Source: Bacteroidales bacterium UBA6680 (GTDB taxonomy: Bacteria > Bacteroidota > Bacteroidia > Bacteroidales > UBA6680). From it: a stretch of 64,000 bases of DNA. Of this stretch, positions 1 through 9,171 are shown in pieces. The stretch covers positions 42,282-106,281 of the forward strand of contig DKJY01000045.1 of NCBI GenBank assembly GCA_002454955.1, written 5' to 3'. The stretch's first letter is position 1. Every line of letters starts with the position of its first letter. A program made the translations under genes and the position numbers. The notes beneath the pieces were generated by a model. It was not told the DNA's origin, ran no database searches, and saw only the letters and a program-made list of their open reading frames with translations.

Positions 1-249
1 AAATACATATCCTATTCCTCTTTTTGATGGTTTTACCCAACATTTATCAGCACTACTAAACAGACATCTGTTGTTAACAGTAATTCTGCCACTATTAGGC
101 TTTATAAGACCCGAAATTATATTTAATAGTGTAGATTTACCTGCACCCGACGAACCATATATCCCGGTAATACCTTTGTCTAATTGTACATTGTAATCAA
201 AGGTTTTATTATCTATTGTATGTTTTATATCTACTGTAACTACTGTCAT
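1..249 (-). CDS. modC: molybdate ABC transporter ATP-binding protein, N-terminal 83 codons (gene runs off the left edge)
   Basis: Not in the ORF track. My translation of the reverse strand from ATG at 249-247 is MTVVTVDIKHTIDNKTFDYNVQLDKGITGIYGSSGAGKSTLLNIISGLIKPNSGRITVNN...RGIGYVF, with Walker A GSSGAGKST. The frame stays open to position 1. It lies directly downstream of modA-modB on the same strand. Confidence 0.8.
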   Translation of the reverse strand, partial: MTVVTVDIKHTIDNKTFDYNVQLDKGITGIYGSSGAGKSTLLNIISGLIKPNSGRITVNNRCLFSSADKCWVKPSKRGIGYVF

Positions 250-270
250 TTATAGAGATGTAAATGGTGT

Positions 271-960
271 TTAGTTGCTTTTATAGTATCTGTTTTTTCT
301 ATTATAGTATTCGGATATAGCAATTGCCATAACTGATATTATTATTGACACGGTTATCAGTCTTAACACTCCATTCTCACGTCCGGGTATCTGCATATCG
401 TTATATACCCTTAATGCAATGGTCTCTGTTTTTCCGTATACATTGCCGGCAAATACAATTGTTGCTCCAAACTCGCCAAGGCATCTGGCAAAAGCCAACA
501 CAGTACCACTAATTATTCCGGGCAATGCCATTGGCAAAGTAATCCTAAAGAATGTAGATATCTCCGATACACCCAGTACTAATGAAGCTTTCTCAAACTC
601 TGGATTAACAAGTTCAAATGCAGTTTTCATTGTACGTATAGACAATGGTAACGAAACAATTACAGAAGCTATTACAAGAGCCGGAAAATCGAATGCGATC
701 TTTATGCCTAATGTGCTATTAAGCCATCCTCCTATAAAACTGTTACTCCCCAATGCCAGTAATAACAGATATCCAGTAACCACAGGCGGTGCAACAAGTG
801 GTATGGTTATAATTGATTCGATAAATATTTTACCTCTAAACTTTTTGCGTGCCAGAAACCAGCTAATAATAACAGATATTGGTAGTGTTACTACAGTTGA
901 TATCAGTGCAACTTTAAGTGTCAGAATAATTGTCCTTATCTCTTCGTCTGTAAACCACAT
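271..960 (-). CDS. modB: molybdate ABC transporter permease
   Basis: 229 aa polytopic membrane protein. N-terminus ...LTLKVALISTVVTLPISVIISWFLARKKFRGK..IPLVAPPVVTGYLLL is typical of ModB/CysTW-type permeases. It sits between the modA-like and modC-like genes. Confidence 0.85.
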   Translation of the reverse strand: MWFTDEEIRTIILTLKVALISTVVTLPISVIISWFLARKKFRGKIFIESIITIPLVAPPVVTGYLLLLALGSNSFIGGWLNSTLGIKIAFDFPALVIASVIVSLPLSIRTMKTAFELVNPEFEKASLVLGVSEISTFFRITLPMALPGIISGTVLAFARCLGEFGATIVFAGNVYGKTETIALRVYNDMQIPGRENGVLRLITVSIIISVMAIAISEYYNRKNRYYKSN

Positions 961-967
961 CTGTTTA

Positions 968-1717
968 TCAATATTTATTATCTCTTACGCTGTAAAAGCC
1001 ATAAGACTCTATAATATCTCTGCATGAATCTGATAAAAGCATATTATACATTGTATTAGTGATTAATCTGTTGTTTAGTTTACATATAATAAATTCAACA
1101 CGATTGTGCATACTCTGTGGTAAAGTATCAACTATTCTTATCTTCTGGCTCTGCTTTGCCATAGAGAGGTATACTATACCATATTTACACTCTCTAATCT
1201 CAACATACTTAAGTACGTCTGATACGCTCTTTGCCAGTAATAATTTATCTTCAGCACTAGCAAGAAGATTCTTTTTTCTGAAGAACTGAAAGGCATACTT
1301 ACCGGCAGGAACAAATTCAGGATTACCTACAGCAATAAAACCACTCTTAACCTCCTTGAATTCACTATAAAAATCATCTATTGTATAACTATTATCGGCA
1401 GATGTAATAATGGCTAATCTATCGTTACATAAAACCTGAGTATCATTATTTGATATATAACCAGAATCTATAAGGTAATCAACCCACTCTCTGTTTGCGG
1501 ATATATATATATCTGCATCAGCCCCGGAATATATCTGTCTTGCCAAAACTCCTGACGATGCAGCATTAATACTCACGCTGCCTGAAACGGGGTCAGTTAA
1601 CTGCTTAACAATTGCATACGATCCGGATGCCACAAACAGATTACAATCTGAACTATTATTAATATTACTGCATGCCGAAGCAGTAATAAGAAATATATAT
1701 ATCAGTACTCTCCTCAT
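968..1717 (-). CDS. modA: molybdate ABC transporter substrate-binding protein
   Basis: 249 aa with a signal peptide plus Cys (LITASAC). Motifs AASSGVLARQI and GADADIYISAN match the ModA periplasmic binding fold. It is the first gene of the mod operon, with a 7-bp gap to modB. Confidence 0.8.
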   Translation of the reverse strand: MRRVLIYIFLITASACSNINNSSDCNLFVASGSYAIVKQLTDPVSGSVSINAASSGVLARQIYSGADADIYISANREWVDYLIDSGYISNNDTQVLCNDRLAIITSADNSYTIDDFYSEFKEVKSGFIAVGNPEFVPAGKYAFQFFRKKNLLASAEDKLLLAKSVSDVLKYVEIRECKYGIVYLSMAKQSQKIRIVDTLPQSMHNRVEFIICKLNNRLITNTMYNMLLSDSCRDIIESYGFYSVRDNKY

Positions 1718-1857
1718 CTACTATTTAATGTATAAGCTAAAGTACATCAAATTAATTGAAATGAATAATATCATATAATCTTATTAATGTATTAACCGAA
1801 ACTAATAGTAAATGATAACGTATAAAAGATTGTTAAAGAGGTTTGTATCCAACATTT

Positions 1858-4158
1858 ATGAATATGCGCAGACGATTCGTTTTACTATATATATTTATTC
1901 TGCTCTCTGGCAATATGTCTTGTCAGATTCCTGAAAAATTTCAGTTTCAGCTAATTGCGAGAGATGCCAATGGTAATATCTATACTGAAGAAAAGATAGA
2001 GATTAAGATAAATATTGTAGAGACAGAGCATAACGGGTATGCTCCTTACATAGAGAGGCATATAGTTACCACAACCAATACAGGTCTTGCAAATATAATT
2101 ATTGGAGGAGGCATTGTAGAGAAAGGAAGTTTAAAAGATGTAGACTGGTTTAATAAAGCCAACTTTTTAGAGATCTGGATAAACAATAATTTTACATCGT
2201 CTATACAGATGGTAGCTGTACCATACGCAATGGCTGTAAAAAAGGCAACATTTGTAAACTCTACCAGCTATCTGGACATTAAAAACCGACCACGTATACC
2301 TACTGATATAGTTGATTTAACCGACAAGAATAGTATACTGTTTGATGGTGATTACAATAGTTTGGTTAACCGTCCGTCAATTTTTGATGGTGATTACAAT
2401 AATCTGAGTAACAAACCTGTAATACCTACAGATCTTAGTGATTTAACCGATAACACAGCCCTTTTAAGTAAGATAGATTATACCAAAATAAAGAACAAAC
2501 CAACCATATTTGATGGTGATTACAATAGCCTTTTAAATAAACCAACAATACCAACAGATATTAATCAGTTAACTGATATAAACAGCAAGTTGTTCTCTGG
2601 CGATTACAATGATCTTACTAATAAGCCCAATATAAACCAGAGTTTTACTGGTGATTATAGCGAACTTGTAAATAAGCCTGTAATACATACCGATCTGTCA
2701 ACACTAGCAGATGCTACCAATATATGGAAAAATATAAATTTTAATCTGCTAATAAACAAACCTGAATTATTTGACGGATCGTATAATTCATTAAAGAATG
2801 TACCAGATATTCCATCTGATTTAAGCGAACTTACTGATAATACAAACATGTTATTTGATAAGAAGTTCAGTAGTCTGCAAGGAGCACCAAACATATTCAG
2901 TGGCAAATACAATGATCTCACTAACAAACCAGATATTCCTACCGATTTTAGCGATTTCAGTGACGTTACAAATGGTATAAAAGCAGATTATACTACATTA
3001 AAAAATAAACCTATAATACCCACTAAACTTAGTGAACTGGAAAAGGATATCAACTTTCTGGAGACAGAAGAGGATGGAGATACTCAGAATGAATTACAAA
3101 ACCTTAGTAACGTTATGTCCAAAGGCACATCTGCCGGATACGTATCTATTACAAATGTTGGAAGCCCTTTAGCAAATTCAGATGCTGCAACTAAAAGTTA
3201 TGCCAGTGCTCTATTAGATGCAATAAACCAGATGGAGAGCACCCTAAATACTGTTTTTCCAAGACCATCGGTAACTAGTATGAAAAATAACGGATTAACA
3301 GTACAGGAGATGTTGGATGAAGGCTATACTATTGGAGAGTTAATTAATAATAGCATAACTATTGCCGAATGTAAAGCCGGAGGAGTTACTCTACATCAAT
3401 TACTTGTTGGCGGAGCTTCTGTTTCAGATCTTTATAATGCAGGATTTGCTGCCACTGATATCGTCTCTGAAGGTATTAACCCTGAACTATTAAAGAATGC
3501 AGGGTTATCTGTAAACGAGTTATTCAATGCAGGAGTAACTGTTGAAGTTCTGTACAAGATAGGTTTTAATCTGGAGCAGATTTTGTCACTTGATACAAAC
3601 CTGGATAACCTTAAAGGTACTGTAACAGATACTGATAATAACACATACAATTGGAAAGGTATTGGTAAAGATATTTGGTTTATAGAAAACCTGAAAGTTA
3701 AAAAATTTAATAACGGAGATAATATAACAAAAACACACATATATAATAATAACAATTTTTTACTTGAACAGTGTGGCAGAATGTATCTGGGAACAGATAT
3801 ACGATCAGGAAAAAATGTATGTCCAACAGGCTGGAAGGTACCAACAGAACAAGATTTCATCAAAATGAGAGACTATATAGGAAAAGGTTCTGAATCAGGA
3901 CAGTCTCTGAAATCTAAGAGTAAGTTATGGAAAGGTGGTGGTGGCAGTGATGATGTTAATTTTACAGCAGAACCATATGGTTACTATACCGGAAATAAAT
4001 ACGAAGGCTTTTCTGAACAAGCCGTATTCTGGACATTAACGCCACATGACGGTAACTATTTAAAAATTATCAGATTATGGTATCCAAGCGTTGCAATACT
4101 AATTGAGAATAAAGCTAATAATGCCGCACTATATGTTAGGTGTATAAAGGAACATTAA
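1858..4158 (+). CDS. surface protein: signal peptide, N-terminal beta domain, tail-fibre-like DYNxLxNKP repeats, 10-aa helical repeats, C-terminal FISUMP (Fibrobacter succinogenes major paralogous, TIGR02145-like) domain
   Basis: The ORF track starts at TTG 1843; the ATG at 1858 (MNMRRRFVLLYIF...) is the more likely start. The C-terminus WFIENLKV..CPTGWKVPT...YVRCIKEH matches the FISUMP pattern. The repeats are described as separate features. Confidence 0.75.
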   Translation: MNMRRRFVLLYIFILLSGNMSCQIPEKFQFQLIARDANGNIYTEEKIEIKINIVETEHNGYAPYIERHIVTTTNTGLANIIIGGGIVEKGSLKDVDWFNKANFLEIWINNNFTSSIQMVAVPYAMAVKKATFVNSTSYLDIKNRPRIPTDIVDLTDKNSILFDGDYNSLVNRPSIFDGDYNNLSNKPVIPTDLSDLTDNTALLSKIDYTKIKNKPTIFDGDYNSLLNKPTIPTDINQLTDINSKLFSGDYNDLTNKPNINQSFTGDYSELVNKPVIHTDLSTLADATNIWKNINFNLLINKPELFDGSYNSLKNVPDIPSDLSELTDNTNMLFDKKFSSLQGAPNIFSGKYNDLTNKPDIPTDFSDFSDVTNGIKADYTTLKNKPIIPTKLSELEKDINFLETEEDGDTQNELQNLSNVMSKGTSAGYVSITNVGSPLANSDAATKSYASALLDAINQMESTLNTVFPRPSVTSMKNNGLTVQEMLDEGYTIGELINNSITIAECKAGGVTLHQLLVGGASVSDLYNAGFAATDIVSEGINPELLKNAGLSVNELFNAGVTVEVLYKIGFNLEQILSLDTNLDNLKGTVTDTDNNTYNWKGIGKDIWFIENLKVKKFNNGDNITKTHIYNNNNFLLEQCGRMYLGTDIRSGKNVCPTGWKVPTEQDFIKMRDYIGKGSESGQSLKSKSKLWKGGGGSDDVNFTAEPYGYYTGNKYEGFSEQAVFWTLTPHDGNYLKIIRLWYPSVAILIENKANNAALYVRCIKEH
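2269..3042 (+). repeat. in-frame coding tandem repeats: about 12 copies of (D/S/K)YNxLxNKP alternating with IPTDLSxLTDN modules
   Basis: Read from the translation (aa 143-400): DYNSLVNRP, DYNNLSNKP, DYTKIKNKP, DYNSLLNKP, DYNDLTNKP, DYSELVNKP and others. At DNA level tttgatggtgattacaata recurs at about 2341, 2384 and 2509. Confidence 0.8.
3289..3591 (+). repeat. in-frame array of about ten 10-aa repeats, G-h-(S/T)-h-x-(E/Q)-L-h-x-A
   Basis: aa 483-583: NGLTVQEMLDE GYTIGELINN SITIAECKAG GVTLHQLLVG GASVSDLYNA GFAATDIVSE GINPELLKNA GLSVNELFNA GVTVEVLYKI GFNLEQILSL. Confidence 0.75.
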
Positions 4159-4177
4159 TTAAATCTACTCACAGAGC

Positions 4178-6244
4178 ATGAAGAAAATAGTATATATGAT
4201 ATTCATTATAGCAATAACGCTTAACATATCTGGTCAGATACCAAATAAAATTAAATTTCAGGCCATTGCGAGAGATATTAATGGTCAGCCTATGATTAAC
4301 CAACAGGTATCTGTAAAGATAAAGATAAGAACAGGTTATATGGATGGTAGTATTGTATATTCAGAAAGTCATGATGCAATATCGAACTCAACAGGCATTA
4401 TAAATCTTAACATTGGCGAAGGTGTTGGTATTAGTGGAAATCTTATTAGTATTGATTGGCTTGGGAGTAATCACTTTATTGATGTTACAATAAATGGTAC
4501 ATCAGTTGGGGTTTCTCAAATAATGGCCGTTCCGTTTGCAATGCATGCAGAAGTAACTGAAGAGGTTGATAAGATTGATTATGAAAACGTAACCAACAAA
4601 CCGGATATACCTTCTGATATAAGCCAACTAACCGATTTTTCAACAAAGATATTTGATGCTGATTATAATAAACTGAGAAATACCCCTGCTTTCTCTGGCA
4701 GCTACAAAGATCTGGTTAATACTCCAGAGATAAATACAAGTTTTAATAACCTTACAGATAACACAAGCATTTTAGCTAAAATAGATTTTTACTCGCTATT
4801 AAACAGACCAACATTCTCATCAAACAGTTATAATGACCTAACAAACAAACCAGATATTAAAACAAAAGTTAACCAACTTACAGATACCGACAACAAAGTA
4901 TTTAGTGGTAGTTACAATGATCTAAAGAATAAACCATTTATATTCTCTGGTAAATATATTGATCTTAAAAACAAACCAGTAATTCCTGTTCAGATATCAG
5001 AGTTTACAGACAATAGTAAGAAGCTAAAGAGTGTAAAGTTTGCTGATATTAATCCAACTGTAAATCTGTTTGACGGTAACTACAATAGCCTAACAGACAA
5101 ACCTGCTATACCAATTGACATCAAAAATTTAACAGATAATTCTAATCTGATTTTTGATGGTAGTTATAACAATCTTACCGAGAAGCCAACATTTATATCT
5201 AACAATTACAACGACTTATCTGAAAAACCAATTATTCCGAAAGATGTAAACCTCTTGACTGACAAAAACAATATGTTAACAAATCTCAAATATTCAAACA
5301 TTAGCAACACACCAACATTACCTACTAAATTAAGTGAACTTACTAAAGATATATCGTTTATTGATACAGAGACCGACGGAAGCATAACTAATGAGCTTCA
5401 GAATATTAATCAGGTATTAAATAAAGGCTCCAATGCATCCGGAAATAGAATAAGCAACCTGAAAGATCCGACCGGAACCAACGATATTGCAACGAAGCTC
5501 TATATTGATGCTCTGGAAGCCAGATATGAAGCTTTGAAGAAGAGGGTTGACAAATATTATTCCGGAACAGGCATTGAAGTCCTGATAAATAAGGGAAAAA
5601 CCATTGCTGAAATAAAAGCAATTGGTCTTGTCATAAACAAGAGTGAGGGATCTTCGAATAATCAGGAAGGCGATAGTTTTGATTGGATAGGAATAGGTGA
5701 TCAGATTTGGATGTCTAAGAACATTGGTGTTCAGAAATTTGCCAATAACTCCAATATTCCTTATGGTCCAACAACCACAGGTACAGATATCTCTAATAAT
5801 TCGCCAGAGACATTTCAATTTGAGTATAATAACTCTAACAACGAAGAGTCATTAGGAAGGTTATATACATGGAATGTTGTATCTGATAGCAAAAACGTTT
5901 GCCCTACAGGATGGAGAGTACCAACACTTACTGACTGGAATCAGCTTGTAGCATTTATGAATACAGAGCACGGTGGTACACCAATAGGGAATGCCTTAAA
6001 ATCAAAAGATATGTGGGCTACAACAAATGGATTAGATGTTGTTAAACTTAGAATAATACCTGCAGGAATAAGAGAAGCTACCGGAGGGTTTAATGGTGCT
6101 GACGGTGAGTTTACCAGAATATGGTTAAATACTGAAGATTCAGGTAAAGGTAAATATATTGAGCTACGAAAAAACATTTCAAATGTAGTAAACGGAACAG
6201 CAAACAAAAATGATTCATACTCTGTAAGATGTATAAAAGAGTAA
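4178..6244 (+). CDS. paralogous surface protein: signal peptide, same N-terminal domain, tail-fibre-like repeats, C-terminal FISUMP domain
   Basis: 688 aa, starting 20 bp after the previous gene. It shares IPNKIKFQAIARDINGQ...IMAVPFAM, about 12 (D/S/N)YNxLxxKP repeats, TETDGSITNELQN...LKDPTGTNDIATKLYID, and WMSKNIGV..CPTGWRVPT..YSVRCIKE. Confidence 0.75.
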   Translation: MKKIVYMIFIIAITLNISGQIPNKIKFQAIARDINGQPMINQQVSVKIKIRTGYMDGSIVYSESHDAISNSTGIINLNIGEGVGISGNLISIDWLGSNHFIDVTINGTSVGVSQIMAVPFAMHAEVTEEVDKIDYENVTNKPDIPSDISQLTDFSTKIFDADYNKLRNTPAFSGSYKDLVNTPEINTSFNNLTDNTSILAKIDFYSLLNRPTFSSNSYNDLTNKPDIKTKVNQLTDTDNKVFSGSYNDLKNKPFIFSGKYIDLKNKPVIPVQISEFTDNSKKLKSVKFADINPTVNLFDGNYNSLTDKPAIPIDIKNLTDNSNLIFDGSYNNLTEKPTFISNNYNDLSEKPIIPKDVNLLTDKNNMLTNLKYSNISNTPTLPTKLSELTKDISFIDTETDGSITNELQNINQVLNKGSNASGNRISNLKDPTGTNDIATKLYIDALEARYEALKKRVDKYYSGTGIEVLINKGKTIAEIKAIGLVINKSEGSSNNQEGDSFDWIGIGDQIWMSKNIGVQKFANNSNIPYGPTTTGTDISNNSPETFQFEYNNSNNEESLGRLYTWNVVSDSKNVCPTGWRVPTLTDWNQLVAFMNTEHGGTPIGNALKSKDMWATTNGLDVVKLRIIPAGIREATGGFNGADGEFTRIWLNTEDSGKGKYIELRKNISNVVNGTANKNDSYSVRCIKE
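4574..5341 (+). repeat. in-frame coding tandem repeats (YNxLxNKP / LTDN modules), about 12 copies
   Basis: aa 133-388 of the 688-aa protein: DYENVTNKP, DYNKLRNTP, SYKDLVNTP, SYNDLTNKP, SYNDLKNKP, KYIDLKNKP, NYNSLTDKP, SYNNLTEKP, NYNDLSEKP and others. Confidence 0.8.
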
Positions 6245-6341
6245 CATCTCACTTTGTTAGTTATATAACAAATATATTAGTATAAATTAAACAAAGATTA
6301 CAGTAAACTGTTAGGAAAATAGAAATTAAAAAAATATAATT

Positions 6342-7328
6342 ATGCATAACCTAAAAACTTCATTTTTCGGATTAAAACTTAAGAACCCAATTATTGCAGG
6401 AAGCTCAGGTCTTACAAATAGTATTTCGGATATTCAGGATATTGAAAAAGCAGGAGCTTCTGCTGTTGTACTTAAATCACTTTTTGAGGAAGAGATTAGA
6501 GTAGAGACAGAGAAGAATATGACTAAGATGGTTGCTTCAGGATTTGTTTATCCTGAAACAATGAGTTATTTTGAGTACGACGATATGGATGATCCGCTTG
6601 GTAACTATCTTCAATTTATTCGTGATGTAAAAAAATCTGTTAAGATTCCTGTTATTGCCAGCATTAACTGTGTTACTGCCGATCAGTGGACCTACTTTGC
6701 AAAACAGATAGAGGAGGCAGGAGCAGATGCTATAGAACTAAATATATTTGCACTTCCTACCGATATTAACCGTACTAGTCAGGAAACAGAAGATCTGTAC
6801 TTTAATATTATTGAAGCTGTATTAAAGCAGGTAACAATTCCGGTAAATATTAAGATGGGATATTTCTCAGCAAACCTTGCTAAGCTTATAGAGAGAATAT
6901 CAAAAACTAAGATTGCGGGTATAACGCTGTTTAACAGATTTTATAGCCCTGACATTGATATTGATAATATGGAAATTACATCGTCAAATGTATTAAGCAA
7001 TCCAGATGAAATTACAATGCCTCTGCGTTGGGTAGGTATAATGAGTGGTAGAGTTAAATGCCAACTGGCTGCATCTACAGGTATTCATAACGGCGAAGCT
7101 GTTATTAAACAGTTATTAGCTGGAGCTGGAGCTGTACAGGTAGCATCTACATTATACCGAAACGGTGTACAACATATTAATAAAATGCTAAAAGAGGTTA
7201 CTAACTGGATGGATCAGAATGATTACAAATCTGTAAACGATTTTATGGGTAAAATGAGTCAGGACAATAGCTCAAATCCAGCTGCATTTGAGAGAGTTCA
7301 GTTTATGAAATATTTTAGAGAGTTTTGA
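6342..7328 (+). CDS. dihydroorotate dehydrogenase-like protein (class 1 DHOD-like TIM barrel; PRK07565-type)
   Basis: 328 aa. The N-terminus FGLKLKNPIIAGSSGLTNS...AGASAVVLKSLFEEEI matches my memory of the DHOD-like family rather than canonical PyrD. Confidence 0.7.
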   Translation: MHNLKTSFFGLKLKNPIIAGSSGLTNSISDIQDIEKAGASAVVLKSLFEEEIRVETEKNMTKMVASGFVYPETMSYFEYDDMDDPLGNYLQFIRDVKKSVKIPVIASINCVTADQWTYFAKQIEEAGADAIELNIFALPTDINRTSQETEDLYFNIIEAVLKQVTIPVNIKMGYFSANLAKLIERISKTKIAGITLFNRFYSPDIDIDNMEITSSNVLSNPDEITMPLRWVGIMSGRVKCQLAASTGIHNGEAVIKQLLAGAGAVQVASTLYRNGVQHINKMLKEVTNWMDQNDYKSVNDFMGKMSQDNSSNPAAFERVQFMKYFREF

Positions 7329-7358
7329 TTTTGACACGCAAAATTTATTCTTTAAAGT

Positions 7359-7384
7359 GAGGGACATTTTGTCCCTCTTTTTAT
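7359..7384 (+). terminator. rho-independent terminator
   Basis: gagggac-atttt-gtccctc is a perfect 7-bp stem followed by tttttat, 31 bp after the stop codon. Confidence 0.6.
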
Positions 7385-7396
7385 ATATTCACAGCC

Positions 7397-8497
7397 ATGA
7401 GAATAGTATTAGTTATACAAATAGTTCTGTTCGTTTTTATACAAAATATTAATGCGCAGGATAACACAAACAAATACAGCGGTATTGATGAGTATGTAAG
7501 TACAATTAAATATTCAAACAGAACCTCTGTAAAAAAGCTGGCTCAGATAATTACAAAAAAATCTGAAACTAATGAGGAGAAAGTAAGGGCTATATTTTAC
7601 TGGATTACACACAATATAAAATATAATATCAGAATAAGAACTATTGAAAGAGAGTACAGTGATAAAAATCAGATTATTAACGAGGTTTTAAAAAGTAGAA
7701 CTGGTGTATGCCAGCACTATGCAGAACTTTTCAATATACTCTGTAAGGAGTCCGGAATAAAATCTGTTGTAATAGAGGGGTATACTAAACAAAATAATCA
7801 AATATCTAAGTTAGGGCATGCCTGGAATGCAGTATACATAAATAGCAAATGGCTGTGTATAGATGCTACATGGGCTGCCGGATATTACAGAGGAAACAGA
7901 TATTACCAAATCTACAGAGATAAGTATTTTCTTGACAATCCAGATGAATTTATAACTAGCCATATGCCATTTGATCCAATCTGGCAATTTTCGGAATCAC
8001 CAATATCTGCCAGAACATTTGATAAAAACCTAAAACACCAAGATCACAAAACATCATTTAATTATAGAGTCACAATTGACGAATATCTTAATAGTAGTAA
8101 TCTTGAAAAATTAAAGTCAAAATACAACAGAATATACAACAATGATGTTACAAATAGCATTATTAAAAGACATCTTGAGTATACTGCATATAATATTGCA
8201 ACGGAGGAATACAATATTGCTGTTGGCAATTTTAACAAAGGAGTGAATATAAATAATAGTGTTGTTGAGATACTAAGATCTAAAAATGGAAGACCTGATG
8301 ATAATGATGTTAAACTAATTATTAATAAACTTACACAGGCTAAGAAACACTTTGTTATTGCGTCAGAGAATCTATATGATATATCTGTATATTCGCAAGA
8401 GATATACAGAACAAGTAAAAAGATGCAACGTGAGATTAACAGGATATTAAAAGATACAGATAAACAGATAAAACAGTATAAAGATTATTTAAGATAG
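7397..8497 (+). CDS. transglutaminase-like (cysteine protease fold) domain protein, secreted
   Basis: 366 aa with a signal peptide. A transglutaminase-core Cys-His-Asp pattern is present: RTGVCQHYAELF ... GHAWNAVYINSKWLCIDATW. Confidence 0.7.
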   Translation: MRIVLVIQIVLFVFIQNINAQDNTNKYSGIDEYVSTIKYSNRTSVKKLAQIITKKSETNEEKVRAIFYWITHNIKYNIRIRTIEREYSDKNQIINEVLKSRTGVCQHYAELFNILCKESGIKSVVIEGYTKQNNQISKLGHAWNAVYINSKWLCIDATWAAGYYRGNRYYQIYRDKYFLDNPDEFITSHMPFDPIWQFSESPISARTFDKNLKHQDHKTSFNYRVTIDEYLNSSNLEKLKSKYNRIYNNDVTNSIIKRHLEYTAYNIATEEYNIAVGNFNKGVNINNSVVEILRSKNGRPDDNDVKLIINKLTQAKKHFVIASENLYDISVYSQEIYRTSKKMQREINRILKDTDKQIKQYKDYLR

Positions 8498-8502
8498 GAT
8501 TA

Positions 8503-9171
8503 GTGAAAAATATTATAATTGACAAAACAGTTAAGTTTGTAAAATCTGAACTCAACAATGCAGAATCGGGTCATAGCTGGTGGCATATAGAAAGAGTATG
8601 GAACAATAGTTTAAGAATAGCAAACACTACACATGCCAATACCACTGTTGTTGAACTGGCAGCTCTGCTACACGATATTGCAGATCATAAACTATTTGGT
8701 GATAATACGGAGCATAGATTAAAAAAAACAGAAACTTTTTTGAAAGAGATTGGTATAGCTGACGATACTATTGATAAGGTAATATATATAATCAGTAATA
8801 TAGGATTCAGCAATAACGATAAACAGAAAAAAACAAAAATATTGGAGTTTGATATTGTAAGCGATGCTGATATGCTGGACGCAATTGGAGCAATTGGTAT
8901 TGCCAGAACATTCAATTATGGTGGTTACAAAAACAGAGAGATATACAATCCTGATATAGAACCGAGATACAATATGACAAAAGAGCAGTATAAAAAACAT
9001 GAATCTCCTACTATAAATCATTTCTATGAAAAATTATTGAGCCTAAAGGAACTTATAAAAACACCTAAAGGTAAAGAGATGGCTGAAGAGAGACATAAGT
9101 TCATGCTGGAATATCTTAATCAGTTCTATAAAGAGTGTTATTCAGAAGGTTTTACATACAAACATGAATAA
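8503..9171 (+). CDS. HD domain phosphohydrolase
   Basis: 222 aa with a GTG start. Motifs HSWWHIERV ... LLHDIADHK ... DADMLDAIGAIG match the HD superfamily (YedJ-like). Confidence 0.75.
   Translation: MKNIIIDKTVKFVKSELNNAESGHSWWHIERVWNNSLRIANTTHANTTVVELAALLHDIADHKLFGDNTEHRLKKTETFLKEIGIADDTIDKVIYIISNIGFSNNDKQKKTKILEFDIVSDADMLDAIGAIGIARTFNYGGYKNREIYNPDIEPRYNMTKEQYKKHESPTINHFYEKLLSLKELIKTPKGKEMAEERHKFMLEYLNQFYKECYSEGFTYKHE

Noticed and set aside
419-1027. Long antisense ORFs opposite real genes (for example 419-1027, 3432-3863, 19730-20092, 44511-44921, 45765-46247, 46775-47374, 62417-62878)
   Set aside because: They are shadow ORFs on the opposite strand of genes with clear family signatures. 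Their translations are low-complexity or hydrophobic noise with no motifs.
1718-1857. Molybdenum-cofactor riboswitch upstream of modA
   Set aside because: The 125-bp upstream region is extremely AT-rich and shows none of the GC-rich conserved stems expected of the Moco RNA motif.
1858-6244. Diversity-generating retroelement targeting the lectin-like C-termini of the FISUMP paralogs
   Set aside because: No reverse transcriptase, no accessory gene, and no template/variable repeat pair with adenine-specific differences could be found. The two C-termini are ordinary diverged paralogs.
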